Program-made: the position numbers and the translations under genes | Origin: a virus | Reading direction: 5' to 3' (one strand) | IMG/VR virus record: IMGVR_UViG_3300009104_000012 | Coordinates: 1 to 64,000 of that record | Length of the DNA stretch: 64,000 bases | The notes under the pieces: model-generated | Told to the model about the DNA's origin: nothing | Database searches by the model: none | The model's input: the letters and a program-made list of their open reading frames with translations, nothing else | In this document: piece after piece, positions 25,902 through 34,966 of the stretch | Numbering within the stretch: position 1 is the stretch's first letter | How the letters are laid out: every line of letters begins with the position of its first letter

Positions 25902-28094
25902 TTAATCCGTTTGTATAATAGTTATATTAGGTTGTGTAGAGGATGTCCCTACATCAATATGTTGAGCCTCTTTGTCTTGTAGTATCTGAATATCAGCCTC
26001 TTTACTAGTTTCTACTTCAATATAAGCTCTATGATTATCATTATATCTATTTATGATTGTGTAATCACCTGAAGTTGAGGCAGTTGCGTCAAAGTCATTA
26101 TTCAATGTTGATACTCTTCCTGTTGAAGTGGTACTTGTTGACACACCACCGCTGGTTGTAGTTAAAGTTTGGGTAATATCTCCTGTAGTATAATTTAAAA
26201 CTTCTCCACTAGCAGTTACCAAAGTTTCTGCAACCGTATTGTCAACCCATTCTGTACCACATTTTTGATTTGCATTGTCCCAATAGTATCCATAGTAATC
26301 ACAATACCATTCATCTAATTCTGCCAACCATAATTCTAATTCCAAATCTGCGTCATAATCATCTTCATAACCATACTCCTCATCTAACGAAGTGCTATCG
26401 TCTCCTGAATCTCCATATGTTCCTGTATAATACCAACTATATGTATTGTCATAAAATAAATTCCAATCTTCATAAGTCCACTCACTTACATACTTATCTT
26501 TTAATCCTTCCATCTTCCAAGGTTTAGGTTGTCCATCACACCACTCATAGTTAGGCCAAGAACCACACCAACCATACCATTTTTTAAATAATTTTTTTGC
26601 TTTCTTTTCCCACGAATCAAAGTCTTTAAATAATGACCAATCATCAGCATACCATTCGTTTAAGTAGTCTAGGTATTTTTGATCACACCAAGATGAATCA
26701 TATCCATTATATTCACAATAGTTTGTTATTGTTAATTCAGGTGGACCACCAGCAGCAATGTATTCTGAATTGTTATAGTAGTCATCTGATAAATCAAAAT
26801 CTTCCCAAGTATATCCTTCAGTTGTTGATGTTGCGTCATCAACTACTTCTTCCGTTTTATCTTCTACAACAGCTGCATTGTAAGAAGTTAATCCATAGTC
26901 TTCTAATAATTTGTTGTATTCAGCTTCATATGCGTCCCAATCTACCTCGTCCCAATTTATAGAGTCCCAATTGATAGTATCCCAAGAACAATCTGAACAA
27001 CCAATAGCGTCAAGGTATGCTTGGTCCATTTCTGAATACATTTTTTTCGCCTCGTCCCAATCCATTTTCTGTTCACCTTCGGCATCCCAAACTGATATTT
27101 GGTTCTCTTCATCAATATAACCCCAATCTTTTAAGTCTTCTTCCCACTCATCATAATAAGATGTATCTATTTCTTCATCTATTATTACTTCTTCTATTGC
27201 AATATCTTGGACTACATTTGTTTCTACTTCTATTGTATCAACTGCTAAATCTGTAGTGGTGCTTTCAGTTTTACCTTCTTCTACCGTTAACTCTTCAGAA
27301 ATAATTGCTTCTTCAATCTTTTGTGCCTCTTCACTATCAATTTCAATGTCTTCAAGTTTTGATTCATCCATTTCTATTTCTTGCCAACCAATGTCTTCAT
27401 TTTCCATTGCTAAAGTAGTATATTTTTTCTCATCTTTAATTTCTTTTTCCATATCATCTATCTTCATCAAATCTTTTTGTTCTACTGGAGATAATACTTT
27501 TGGTGGTTTAGGTGCTAAGTCATTTGAAAGTACGGTTACAGATTCATATACTTGATTAAGTGTTTGAGAACCTGCGTCATTAGATACCGTAACCTCACCT
27601 ATATTTCCTGAAGAATCAGGAAGTAATGTAATTGTAGTTTTACCTGAAGTTTCTACCGTACCTGTAAATGCTGTACCTTGTACCGTAATTGAAGCAGTTG
27701 CTGTAGTAATGTTTACTTCACCACCTAATTTAGATATTGTTCCTGATTCATATGTAAATGACCCTACATTGACATTAATGTTCATTGCAATTTCTATTGG
27801 TACAACCGAAGTATCAAAAGCAAATTCATCTATAGTTAATTCTGTATTAGGTCCCATTGTAAACTTGGTGTTATCAACATAAGATAGAATCATACCACCA
27901 TCTTCTCCTGTCTGGAGAAAATCGTTCATCTGTAAAGCATAACCCATTGAGGTTTTTTGGGTCTCTCCGTCTCTTTCGTTCCAAGTGGAACCCATTTGAC
28001 CTACTACCTCTCCTACATTAACTGCAAGAGCACTAGTACAAAATGCCAGGAAAAAGGCAACTAATAAAAATAGTTTCCTCATTTTAACACCCAC
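25902..28094 (-). CDS. exported FecR-domain protein with long acidic W/Y-rich region
   Basis: Signal peptide; FecR motifs LQTGEDG...DNTKFTMGPNTELTID...TASITVQGTAF; curlin-like IxQ C-terminus. Confidence 0.82.
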   Translation of the reverse strand: MGVKMRKLFLLVAFFLAFCTSALAVNVGEVVGQMGSTWNERDGETQKTSMGYALQMNDFLQTGEDGGMILSYVDNTKFTMGPNTELTIDEFAFDTSVVPIEIAMNINVNVGSFTYESGTISKLGGEVNITTATASITVQGTAFTGTVETSGKTTITLLPDSSGNIGEVTVSNDAGSQTLNQVYESVTVLSNDLAPKPPKVLSPVEQKDLMKIDDMEKEIKDEKKYTTLAMENEDIGWQEIEMDESKLEDIEIDSEEAQKIEEAIISEELTVEEGKTESTTTDLAVDTIEVETNVVQDIAIEEVIIDEEIDTSYYDEWEEDLKDWGYIDEENQISVWDAEGEQKMDWDEAKKMYSEMDQAYLDAIGCSDCSWDTINWDSINWDEVDWDAYEAEYNKLLEDYGLTSYNAAVVEDKTEEVVDDATSTTEGYTWEDFDLSDDYYNNSEYIAAGGPPELTITNYCEYNGYDSSWCDQKYLDYLNEWYADDWSLFKDFDSWEKKAKKLFKKWYGWCGSWPNYEWCDGQPKPWKMEGLKDKYVSEWTYEDWNLFYDNTYSWYYTGTYGDSGDDSTSLDEEYGYEDDYDADLELELWLAELDEWYCDYYGYYWDNANQKCGTEWVDNTVAETLVTASGEVLNYTTGDITQTLTTTSGGVSTSTTSTGRVSTLNNDFDATASTSGDYTIINRYNDNHRAYIEVETSKEADIQILQDKEAQHIDVGTSSTQPNITIIQTD

Positions 28095-29169
28095 TATTAG
28101 TTAATTGAATAGTTGTATCTTCTGTTTGATTATTTCTGTTATAAGAATAAGTACAAGAATCAGAACCGTCTTGGTCTACTAGTAAAGTAAAGTCATAAAT
28201 TGAATCACCTGATACGGTAAGATTTGCTGTATTACTTCCGTTTAATTGTTTTAATTCAACAACTGCTTCACTTGTATAGATATAAACATATGCTGTATTA
28301 CTTCCACCATTTCCATAATATCTAAACACATTACTATTACCACTAGTTACCGTTTTCATATAATTATTATTACCTCTTTGTACCATTCTAACGTGAGAAC
28401 CTGAAACGTCTGGATGAACATCTAAAATATTTGAGTTGCCTATTACGTCGTGTACTTGGTAGTTGCCTGTACCCCAAGAAGCCATATGTACTTGATTTGA
28501 ATTACCAATTATATAAACATCTATCGTTGCGCCTTCACTTCCTGAAGTATCTGCAAATTGTCCGTGTGAAGCAACCTGTGGACCAATTGCCTTATTGGAG
28601 TTTGTATTCATACCTTCTGATAAAGTAGGGTGTGAATAAAATTCTACATCATTTGAATCACCAGACATAAGAACATATAAGAAATGACCATCACCTCTAC
28701 TATACATCCAAAAATCATTTGAGTCTCCAACTATATCTAAATCAACATTGGTAAGTTTAACATCATCACTTGTAACCGTATCTATTTCTACTATGTTTGA
28801 ACCACCTGTAATATCAATATCATAATAATGTCCTTCAGCACCAACATCATCTAAATCTACTCTTAATATATTAGAATTACCTGTAGCTGTATAATCAAAG
28901 GTCATATCCTCACCCATAAATGATTTATGGTTGCTATCGGTTACTAGATTTGAATTACCTATTTGTTTAATGATAAGAGTTAAGTTGTTACCTCTCATAT
29001 TGAAAGTAGATGAGGTACTTATACCAACTTTATTACCAGAGCCATCTTGCTTGATGTAAATTGATCCGTCTGTGTCTTGATTGTCTTGTTTTATCCAAAC
29101 AGAATTACCTGCCCAACAATTAGTTGTTAGGGTTACCAGAGTCACTAGAATCATTATCAGTTTTTTCAT
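28084..29169 (-). CDS. curlin-like repeat protein (CsgA/CsgB-like)
   Basis: Signal peptide; repeated IxQxGxxN / xGxSN motifs (IKQDGSGN, IKQIGNSN, VQRGNNN); C-terminal Cys pair. Confidence 0.78.
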   Translation of the reverse strand: MKKLIMILVTLVTLTTNCWAGNSVWIKQDNQDTDGSIYIKQDGSGNKVGISTSSTFNMRGNNLTLIIKQIGNSNLVTDSNHKSFMGEDMTFDYTATGNSNILRVDLDDVGAEGHYYDIDITGGSNIVEIDTVTSDDVKLTNVDLDIVGDSNDFWMYSRGDGHFLYVLMSGDSNDVEFYSHPTLSEGMNTNSNKAIGPQVASHGQFADTSGSEGATIDVYIIGNSNQVHMASWGTGNYQVHDVIGNSNILDVHPDVSGSHVRMVQRGNNNYMKTVTSGNSNVFRYYGNGGSNTAYVYIYTSEAVVELKQLNGSNTANLTVSGDSIYDFTLLVDQDGSDSCTYSYNRNNQTEDTTIQLTNSGC

Positions 29170-30160
29170 CTTGCTCCTCCTTTTCGTCTGTATCTATTTG
29201 GTTCCATTCTGCTTCGTTAGCTTCTTCTTTTAATTTCTCGTCTGCTATTTCATTTTCTTGTTTAAGTTTCTTTTCTTCAAGGAATTCTTCATAAGTCTTT
29301 TCTTTTTTAGGTCCTGTATCGTGTATATTAAGTTCAATAGCATTCATTTCTACAACTGGTTTATCTTCAACAGCAATCTCTTCTATTGCCAGTTCTTTAT
29401 ATCTCCACAATCCTTTATCAACACCTTCTTTTATTAATTCTACTACACCTTTTTCAATTGCTTTTCTTACTGCAAAGGTAACTGGTTCATTTCTAGCAAC
29501 ACCAGCTTCTACTTCTAATAACATTGTATCAGCGTCAAAGTATTTAAATATATCTGCACCTCTTGATGTAGAAAATATAGTCTTCTCTATTGTAGTTGTT
29601 ATAACTACTTCACCACTTTGTACATTAACCAATCTTAATATAATAGTAACCACATCTTGTCTGTATTGTGCGTGGTTTTGTATACCTAAAATTCTTGCAC
29701 CAACACCACCTGATTTAATATCAGAATCATACCCAACTATACCACCTGTGATATATGCACCAGCAAATAGTAATGCTGGTAAAGGTTCAGCACCTTCTCC
29801 ATCTACTTGTTGTCTTGTAGACCTAATTAATTTTCTTTCTTGTAAGAGACTTGGTAAACTTGCTCTTTCAACAACTCTAAACCATTTGCCATCGCCTGCG
29901 TCTTGTAATGCCTTAATTAATAATTGATAAGACCCTTGCGTTACCGCTGTACTCATTGAAGCAAAGTCTCCACCTGGTTTCTTTTGACCTGTTAAGTCAA
30001 CGAAATCATAAACAGCAATGACTATTGGGTCGCCTTCTAGTTGCTCAACTTTTTCTAAATCTTTATAAGCAACATCAGCTATTCTTACATCAAAGTCTGG
30101 TTTGCCAGCACAACTAACTAATAATAAAGTTAGTAAAAATATTCCTATGTACTTAAACAT
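29120..30160 (-). CDS. csgG: curli secretion pore CsgG
   Basis: Lipobox LVSC, AVYDFVDLTGQKKP, STAVTQG, WFRVVER..L..LLQERKLIR, NEPV. Confidence 0.93.
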   Translation of the reverse strand: MFKYIGIFLLTLLLVSCAGKPDFDVRIADVAYKDLEKVEQLEGDPIVIAVYDFVDLTGQKKPGGDFASMSTAVTQGSYQLLIKALQDAGDGKWFRVVERASLPSLLQERKLIRSTRQQVDGEGAEPLPALLFAGAYITGGIVGYDSDIKSGGVGARILGIQNHAQYRQDVVTIILRLVNVQSGEVVITTTIEKTIFSTSRGADIFKYFDADTMLLEVEAGVARNEPVTFAVRKAIEKGVVELIKEGVDKGLWRYKELAIEEIAVEDKPVVEMNAIELNIHDTGPKKEKTYEEFLEEKKLKQENEIADEKLKEEANEAEWNQIDTDEKEEQDEKTDNDSSDSGNPNN

Positions 30161-30636
30161 TACGAATTGTCTTCCTTCGGCATAGTAAATGTTGTTACCG
30201 TACCATCTGATTCTGTAACCGTTACCGTAACCGTATCATTTGTTCCTGTAGTTGTTGTTGCCCAAGTTACCACTTCACCACCTACTGGTGATGTAAATGT
30301 TCCAGAATCTTGTTGTAATCCATCTGTACCAAATACGTTATCAGTAATTTGTTTAGCAAGAGCTGTGTAAAATCTTGCTTCTAAATTTGCTTTGAATTTT
30401 GCTATAGCTGTTGCTTTAGCTTCTGCTTTTGCTTTTTCAGCGTCAGCTTTTTCAGCAGCTTTAATTGCGTCTTTTCTAGTCTTCTCTATATTCTCTATAG
30501 TTAAATAGTGTGATGATTTACCAACTCCTGAAAATGATGGACTATGGAATTTAAAATCTAATTCACTAGCGTTTACGCTACCATTATATAAAACAAAACC
30601 TACTAAAACTGACAGAAAAATGGCGATTCTGATCAT
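30160..30636 (-). CDS. csgF: curli assembly component CsgF
   Basis: Signal peptide, then ASELDFKFHSPSFSG, the CsgF N-terminal pore-binding motif. Confidence 0.85.
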   Translation of the reverse strand: MIRIAIFLSVLVGFVLYNGSVNASELDFKFHSPSFSGVGKSSHYLTIENIEKTRKDAIKAAEKADAEKAKAEAKATAIAKFKANLEARFYTALAKQITDNVFGTDGLQQDSGTFTSPVGGEVVTWATTTTGTNDTVTVTVTESDGTVTTFTMPKEDNS

Positions 30637-30660
30637 TATATCTCCTCTAATTTACTCCTA

Positions 30661-30668
30661 TATTTATA
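30661..30668 (-). promoter_or_regulatory. T4 late promoter for the csgF operon
   Basis: TATAAATA about 25 nt upstream of the csgF ATG; SD GAGGAG. Confidence 0.75.
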
Positions 30669-30692
30669 AACTTTGACAACTAAATATTGTAA

Positions 30693-32324
30693 ATGATTGC
30701 TATTATTAAAAAAGTAGGCTGGGCTTGGTTAACTATTGCTGTACTTCTATTTTTATATTTAGGAAATCCTACGTTAATGGAGACATCAAGACTTTCCACG
30801 TTTGATTCTTACCAAAAAATAGGTAAGCACTATGATTCCAAAAGCCTAATATTGCTGGATATTTCAGACGCAGCCTTGGAAAAGCAAGGTCAATGGCCTT
30901 GGAAAAGGGACCAATTAGGTCGTGTAGTGGTCAATGCATATAAAAATGGAGCTGCTCTTGTAGTTATGCAAGTAGTCTTCCCACATAAAGATAGATTAGG
31001 TGGTGATGAAATGTTCCTTAAAATGATTACAAAATATCCTGTAATATTAACCGAAACAAATGAAGTTAAAAATCTACAAAGTATTTCCAGAAAATCTTTA
31101 GGTGTAGGTAATGTAGATGTACCTGTAGATATAGACGGTACTATAAGAAAATTACCTGTAAATAATTCCATACCCCAGGTTATATTAAAAGTTATAAACT
31201 TTCCAAAAATAGAACAAGATAATATATGGGTAGATTTTAGATACCATATTCCTAGAATAGATTATACTGATAATGATTGGTCAGGTATGAAAGGTAAAAT
31301 AGTATTCATTGGTACCACATTTAAAGGTTCAACTTTTGTAACCACACCTAATGGATTAAAAAACACTCACGAAATTATGGCAATCAGTACAGAAAATTTA
31401 CTATCAGGAAAATTTATTGATAGACCTGATTGGTTACCTTACGCTGAAGGTGTTTTTATTTTACTTGCTTTATTATTTTTTGTACTAGTTATTCCTAGAT
31501 GTGGTGTAATGTGGTCTTTTCTATGGTATGCTGGATTTATATTTGATATTTTTCTTGGTGCTGGATTTCTATGGTGGAAATACCAATACATAGCTGATTG
31601 GTTTAGTCCTCTATTACTAGGGTCTATACTATGGGCTCACTTAACATATAATAATTATTCAATAGAAAATAAATTAAGACTACAAATTAAAAAACAATTT
31701 GAACATTACTTGGCACCTGCAATGGTACAAAGACTAATGGATAATCCATCACTATTAAAATTAGGTGGTGAAAGAAGAAAATTAACATTTCTATTTTCAG
31801 ACATAAGAGGTTTCACTCCTATATCGGAGAAATTTAAAAATTCTCCTGAAAGACTAACTCGTTATGTTAATAGATTTTTAACTGCAATGACAACCATTAT
31901 ATTACAACACGGTGGTACTATTGATAAGTATATGGGTGATTGTATTATGGCCTTCTGGAACGCACCCCTAGATGTTAAGGAACACAGGAAACTGGCTGTT
32001 CAATGTGCTATAGCAATGAGAAGAAAACTTAAATTAATGAACATAAACAAAGAGTTTATGCCACCTATCAACATTGGTATTGGTATTAATACTGGTGAAT
32101 GTCTTGTTGGAAATATGGGGTCTAAACAAAGATTTGATTATTCAGTTATAGGTGACGCTGTAAATCTAGCAAGTAGATTGGAAGGTGTTAGTAAAAATTA
32201 CAACACCACTATTATAATCGGTGAAGATACTAGGGAGGCTTTAGAAGGTTTTAAATTCTATAAACTTGATGATGTAAAAGTCAAAGGCAAAACTGAAAAG
32301 ATTACCATTTATTCTGTTAGATAA
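30693..32324 (+). CDS. CHASE2-domain class III adenylate cyclase
   Basis: N-terminal TM, GQWPWKR CHASE2 motif, 3 TMs, FSDIRGFT, IDKYMGD, FDYSVIGDAVNLASRLE. Confidence 0.93.
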   Translation: MIAIIKKVGWAWLTIAVLLFLYLGNPTLMETSRLSTFDSYQKIGKHYDSKSLILLDISDAALEKQGQWPWKRDQLGRVVVNAYKNGAALVVMQVVFPHKDRLGGDEMFLKMITKYPVILTETNEVKNLQSISRKSLGVGNVDVPVDIDGTIRKLPVNNSIPQVILKVINFPKIEQDNIWVDFRYHIPRIDYTDNDWSGMKGKIVFIGTTFKGSTFVTTPNGLKNTHEIMAISTENLLSGKFIDRPDWLPYAEGVFILLALLFFVLVIPRCGVMWSFLWYAGFIFDIFLGAGFLWWKYQYIADWFSPLLLGSILWAHLTYNNYSIENKLRLQIKKQFEHYLAPAMVQRLMDNPSLLKLGGERRKLTFLFSDIRGFTPISEKFKNSPERLTRYVNRFLTAMTTIILQHGGTIDKYMGDCIMAFWNAPLDVKEHRKLAVQCAIAMRRKLKLMNINKEFMPPINIGIGINTGECLVGNMGSKQRFDYSVIGDAVNLASRLEGVSKNYNTTIIIGEDTREALEGFKFYKLDDVKVKGKTEKITIYSVR

Positions 32325-32564
32325 TTATCCTTTTATCTTTTTAGTTATCCAAAGTACAGCTGCATACATTATTAAAGCATAAACGGAAACAAATAAAATT
32401 TCTGGAATATATTGAAATACATTGTAGGTTAAATCTAATACTGCTTCAACATCTCCCATTTCAGAAGATCCGTCTTCATCCATATCAATGGTTATAGATT
32501 TGGTAAAATCTCCTTCTACATTACCAACATTTTGTTCTATGTCTAATGTATTGTCTTCGTTCAT
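32325..32564 (-). CDS. small membrane protein
   Basis: Acidic N-terminus with a C-terminal TM. Confidence 0.6.
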   Translation of the reverse strand: MNEDNTLDIEQNVGNVEGDFTKSITIDMDEDGSSEMGDVEAVLDLTYNVFQYIPEILFVSVYALIMYAAVLWITKKIKG

Positions 32565-32728
32565 TTTCTATCTGATAACTTATTAATAAGGTCAAACGCA
32601 ACTTTTACTTTTTCTTTAAGCACGATTATATCTCCGTGCATTTTTGCTAGGACAATTACCAAAGTTATAAACCCTAAAAATAAGGGCCACATCTTCATTA
32701 ACATTGTCATTACTTCTAACGATTCCAT
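32561..32728 (-). CDS. small membrane protein (55 aa, not in ORF track)
   Basis: SD AAGGAG; MESLEVMTMLMKMWPLFLGFITLVIVLAKMHGD...; ATGA overlap with the next gene. Confidence 0.7.
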   Translation of the reverse strand: MESLEVMTMLMKMWPLFLGFITLVIVLAKMHGDIIVLKEKVKVAFDLINKLSDRK

Positions 32729-32741
32729 AATCTCCTTTTGG

Positions 32742-32867
32742 TTATTGTATTATTTTATGATCGGGTCTTTCTTTTTCGCAAGCCGAGCAATCACATTTTT
32801 TACAATCGCAATTTGAGCAAGTCTCTGGACAATGTGCTTCACATTTACAATTTCTACAATCTTCCAT
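32742..32867 (-). CDS. metallothionein-like Cys-rich peptide (41 aa, not in ORF track)
   Basis: SD AAGGAG 5 nt upstream; MEDCRNCKCEAHCPETCSNCDCKKCDCSACEKERPDHKIIQ has 10 Cys and 2 His. Confidence 0.75.
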   Translation of the reverse strand: MEDCRNCKCEAHCPETCSNCDCKKCDCSACEKERPDHKIIQ

Positions 32868-32971
32868 ATTTTCTCCTTAATTTCTTTTCTAAATGCTATA
32901 GCACCGCCAGTAAGTAAAATGAATAGTATTAAATATCCCATTGTTGGTCCGTTATCTATGTATTCAATCAC
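32750..32971 (-). CDS. small membrane protein overlapping the Cys-rich ORF
   Basis: TM in the N-terminal half; the C-terminal half is a frame-shifted shadow of the Cys-rich ORF. Confidence 0.45.
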   Translation of the reverse strand: MIEYIDNGPTMGYLILFILLTGGAIAFRKEIKEKIWKIVEIVNVKHIVQRLAQIAIVKNVIARLAKKKDPIIK

Positions 32972-34164
32972 TTCTTAAACTTGGCAGCTTCTTCTGAACC
33001 TTTTGTAGCACTACCTTTACTATAACTATGTGCTCCCATTCCAGCAAGTTCACCATCTTTTACAATATAATATTTATCTCTTATGTCAGTCTTATCAAAG
33101 AAACATTCCAATATTTCTCTAACACCAGCAGCATATCTATATTGTGCTGATAGAGAAGTTCCACTTGTATGTGGTGTCATACCGTGGTTTGGCATTGTTC
33201 TCCAAACGTGGTCATTTGGTGCTGGTTGTGGAAACCAAACATCACCTGCGTAACCACTTAATTGACCTGACTCTAATGCTCTTGCGATAGCGTCTCTATC
33301 ACAAATCTTTCCTCTAGCAGTATTAACTATATATGCTCCAGGTTTACATTTACCAATTAGTTCATCATTAAATAAATGTTCCGTTTCTGGATGTAAAGGA
33401 CAACTTATATTAATTACATCACATACACTAACTAATGACTCTACTGAATCGTGGAAAGTTAAGTTTAATTCTTTTTCTTTTTCTTCTGGCAATCTATGTC
33501 TATCAAAGTAATGTAAGTGTACATCAAATGGTGCCATCTTTCTTAACATATCATAACCAATACGACCAGCTGCAATTGTTCCTATGTGCATACCTTCTAC
33601 ATCATAAGATCGTTTAACTGCGTCAGCAATATGCCAACCACCTTCGTTAACTATTCTATGTTGATTGTGGTAATCTCTTACTAAAGATAAAATCATCATA
33701 ACTATATGTTCAGCAACTGACCGTGAATTACAATAAGTTACCTCAACTACATCTACTTTATTATCCATCGCAGCTTGTAAATCTACGTGGTCTGAACCAA
33801 TACCTGCTGTGATTGCCATTTTTAAATTTGGTGCTGATTCCATTTTTTCTCTTGTTAAATAATAAGGCCAAAATGGTTGTGATATAACCACATCAGCGTC
33901 AACTAATTCTTTATCTGCTTGACAACCTTCTCCGTCTTTATCAGACGTAACAACTAATGTATGTCCATTGTCTTCTAAAAATTTTCTCAATCCCAATTCA
34001 CCTGATACACAACCTAATAATTCTCCAGGTGTAAAGTCAATTGCTTTGGGTGTTGGTAGTGTCATACCATCTGGATACTTTTCTAATTTAGGTAAGTCTT
34101 TGACAGGATATGATTTTGGCATACCGTCTTTGGGGTCATCATATAATATACATAATATTTTCAT
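32968..34164 (-). CDS. fdh: NAD-dependent formate dehydrogenase
   Basis: LYDDP, LLGCVSGELGLR, SQPFWP, YCNS, AAGRIG, FDRH, NTARG, DVWFPQPAP, MTPHTSG as in Pseudomonas-type FDH. Confidence 0.95.
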   Translation of the reverse strand: MKILCILYDDPKDGMPKSYPVKDLPKLEKYPDGMTLPTPKAIDFTPGELLGCVSGELGLRKFLEDNGHTLVVTSDKDGEGCQADKELVDADVVISQPFWPYYLTREKMESAPNLKMAITAGIGSDHVDLQAAMDNKVDVVEVTYCNSRSVAEHIVMMILSLVRDYHNQHRIVNEGGWHIADAVKRSYDVEGMHIGTIAAGRIGYDMLRKMAPFDVHLHYFDRHRLPEEKEKELNLTFHDSVESLVSVCDVINISCPLHPETEHLFNDELIGKCKPGAYIVNTARGKICDRDAIARALESGQLSGYAGDVWFPQPAPNDHVWRTMPNHGMTPHTSGTSLSAQYRYAAGVREILECFFDKTDIRDKYYIVKDGELAGMGAHSYSKGSATKGSEEAAKFKK

Positions 34165-34547
34165 TATTTTTTCTCTTCTTTCTTTTCTTCCTCATAGTAT
34201 TCTCTATAAGTGTTTAAGATTTGATTTTGTTTCATAATATAAGCACGGATTTGTGCAAAATTCTTTGCTAACTTTTCGTACTCTTCATCTGTAAGTCCAA
34301 ATAAAACTGGATCAATATTATCTTTTTCTAATTTTGCCATTACTTCATCTGCATTTTCAGAAGTGATAATAAGCCAATTTAATTCTTCTAATTTTGGTGC
34401 TGGTGTGTTGTCAAGGTTTAGATGTTGTCTCTCAACCTCGGTTTTGAATATCTGTAGTTTCTTAACGCCTGAACAACTAGTAAGGAACGTAACTAGGATT
34501 AGCGATAGAAGGACACTCTGGATTAATTTGAGATTTCTTCGTAGCAT
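34164..34547 (-). CDS. putative o-spanin (Rz1-like lipoprotein)
   Basis: Lipobox LTSC; overlaps the 3' end of the upstream TM/coiled-coil gene in another frame. Confidence 0.7.
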   Translation of the reverse strand: MLRRNLKLIQSVLLSLILVTFLTSCSGVKKLQIFKTEVERQHLNLDNTPAPKLEELNWLIITSENADEVMAKLEKDNIDPVLFGLTDEEYEKLAKNFAQIRAYIMKQNQILNTYREYYEEEKKEEKK

Positions 34548-34962
34548 TCAATTCTTTCTCCGTCAATGGGCTACCCATTGCAATTTCATTACAACGAATA
34601 GCGTTTTGGGTAGCCCGATTTATTATTTTTTCAATCAGCTTCGGTTTTGCGATAGCGAGGTCACCGACGTCTCTCTTCTTACCTGAAGCATTTGTTTTAT
34701 TAAACTTATCGTCAAGAAGTTTTAAGTCTTTATTCAATTTGCCATTAAGTTCGGTTAACTCTTTGTTGGCATTTAATATGCGTTCAAAGTCTTTCTTTTG
34801 TTGGGCAAGAACCTCTTTTTGAGATTCAACTGCTTCTTCCAGTTTGATTTGATTGGCTTTTAAAATTGCGTTGTCAGAACGTAGTTTCATAACATACATT
34901 CCTGCTCCCGCTATACCAGCAATCATTATGATTGCCATTACCATTTTCAATTGCCCAAACAT
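34477..34962 (-). CDS. putative i-spanin (Rz-like)
   Basis: N-terminal TM, long coiled coil, C-terminal Cys residues. Confidence 0.7.
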   Translation of the reverse strand: MFGQLKMVMAIIMIAGIAGAGMYVMKLRSDNAILKANQIKLEEAVESQKEVLAQQKKDFERILNANKELTELNGKLNKDLKLLDDKFNKTNASGKKRDVGDLAIAKPKLIEKIINRATQNAIRCNEIAMGSPLTEKELNATKKSQINPECPSIANPSYVPY

Positions 34963-34966
34963 TATA

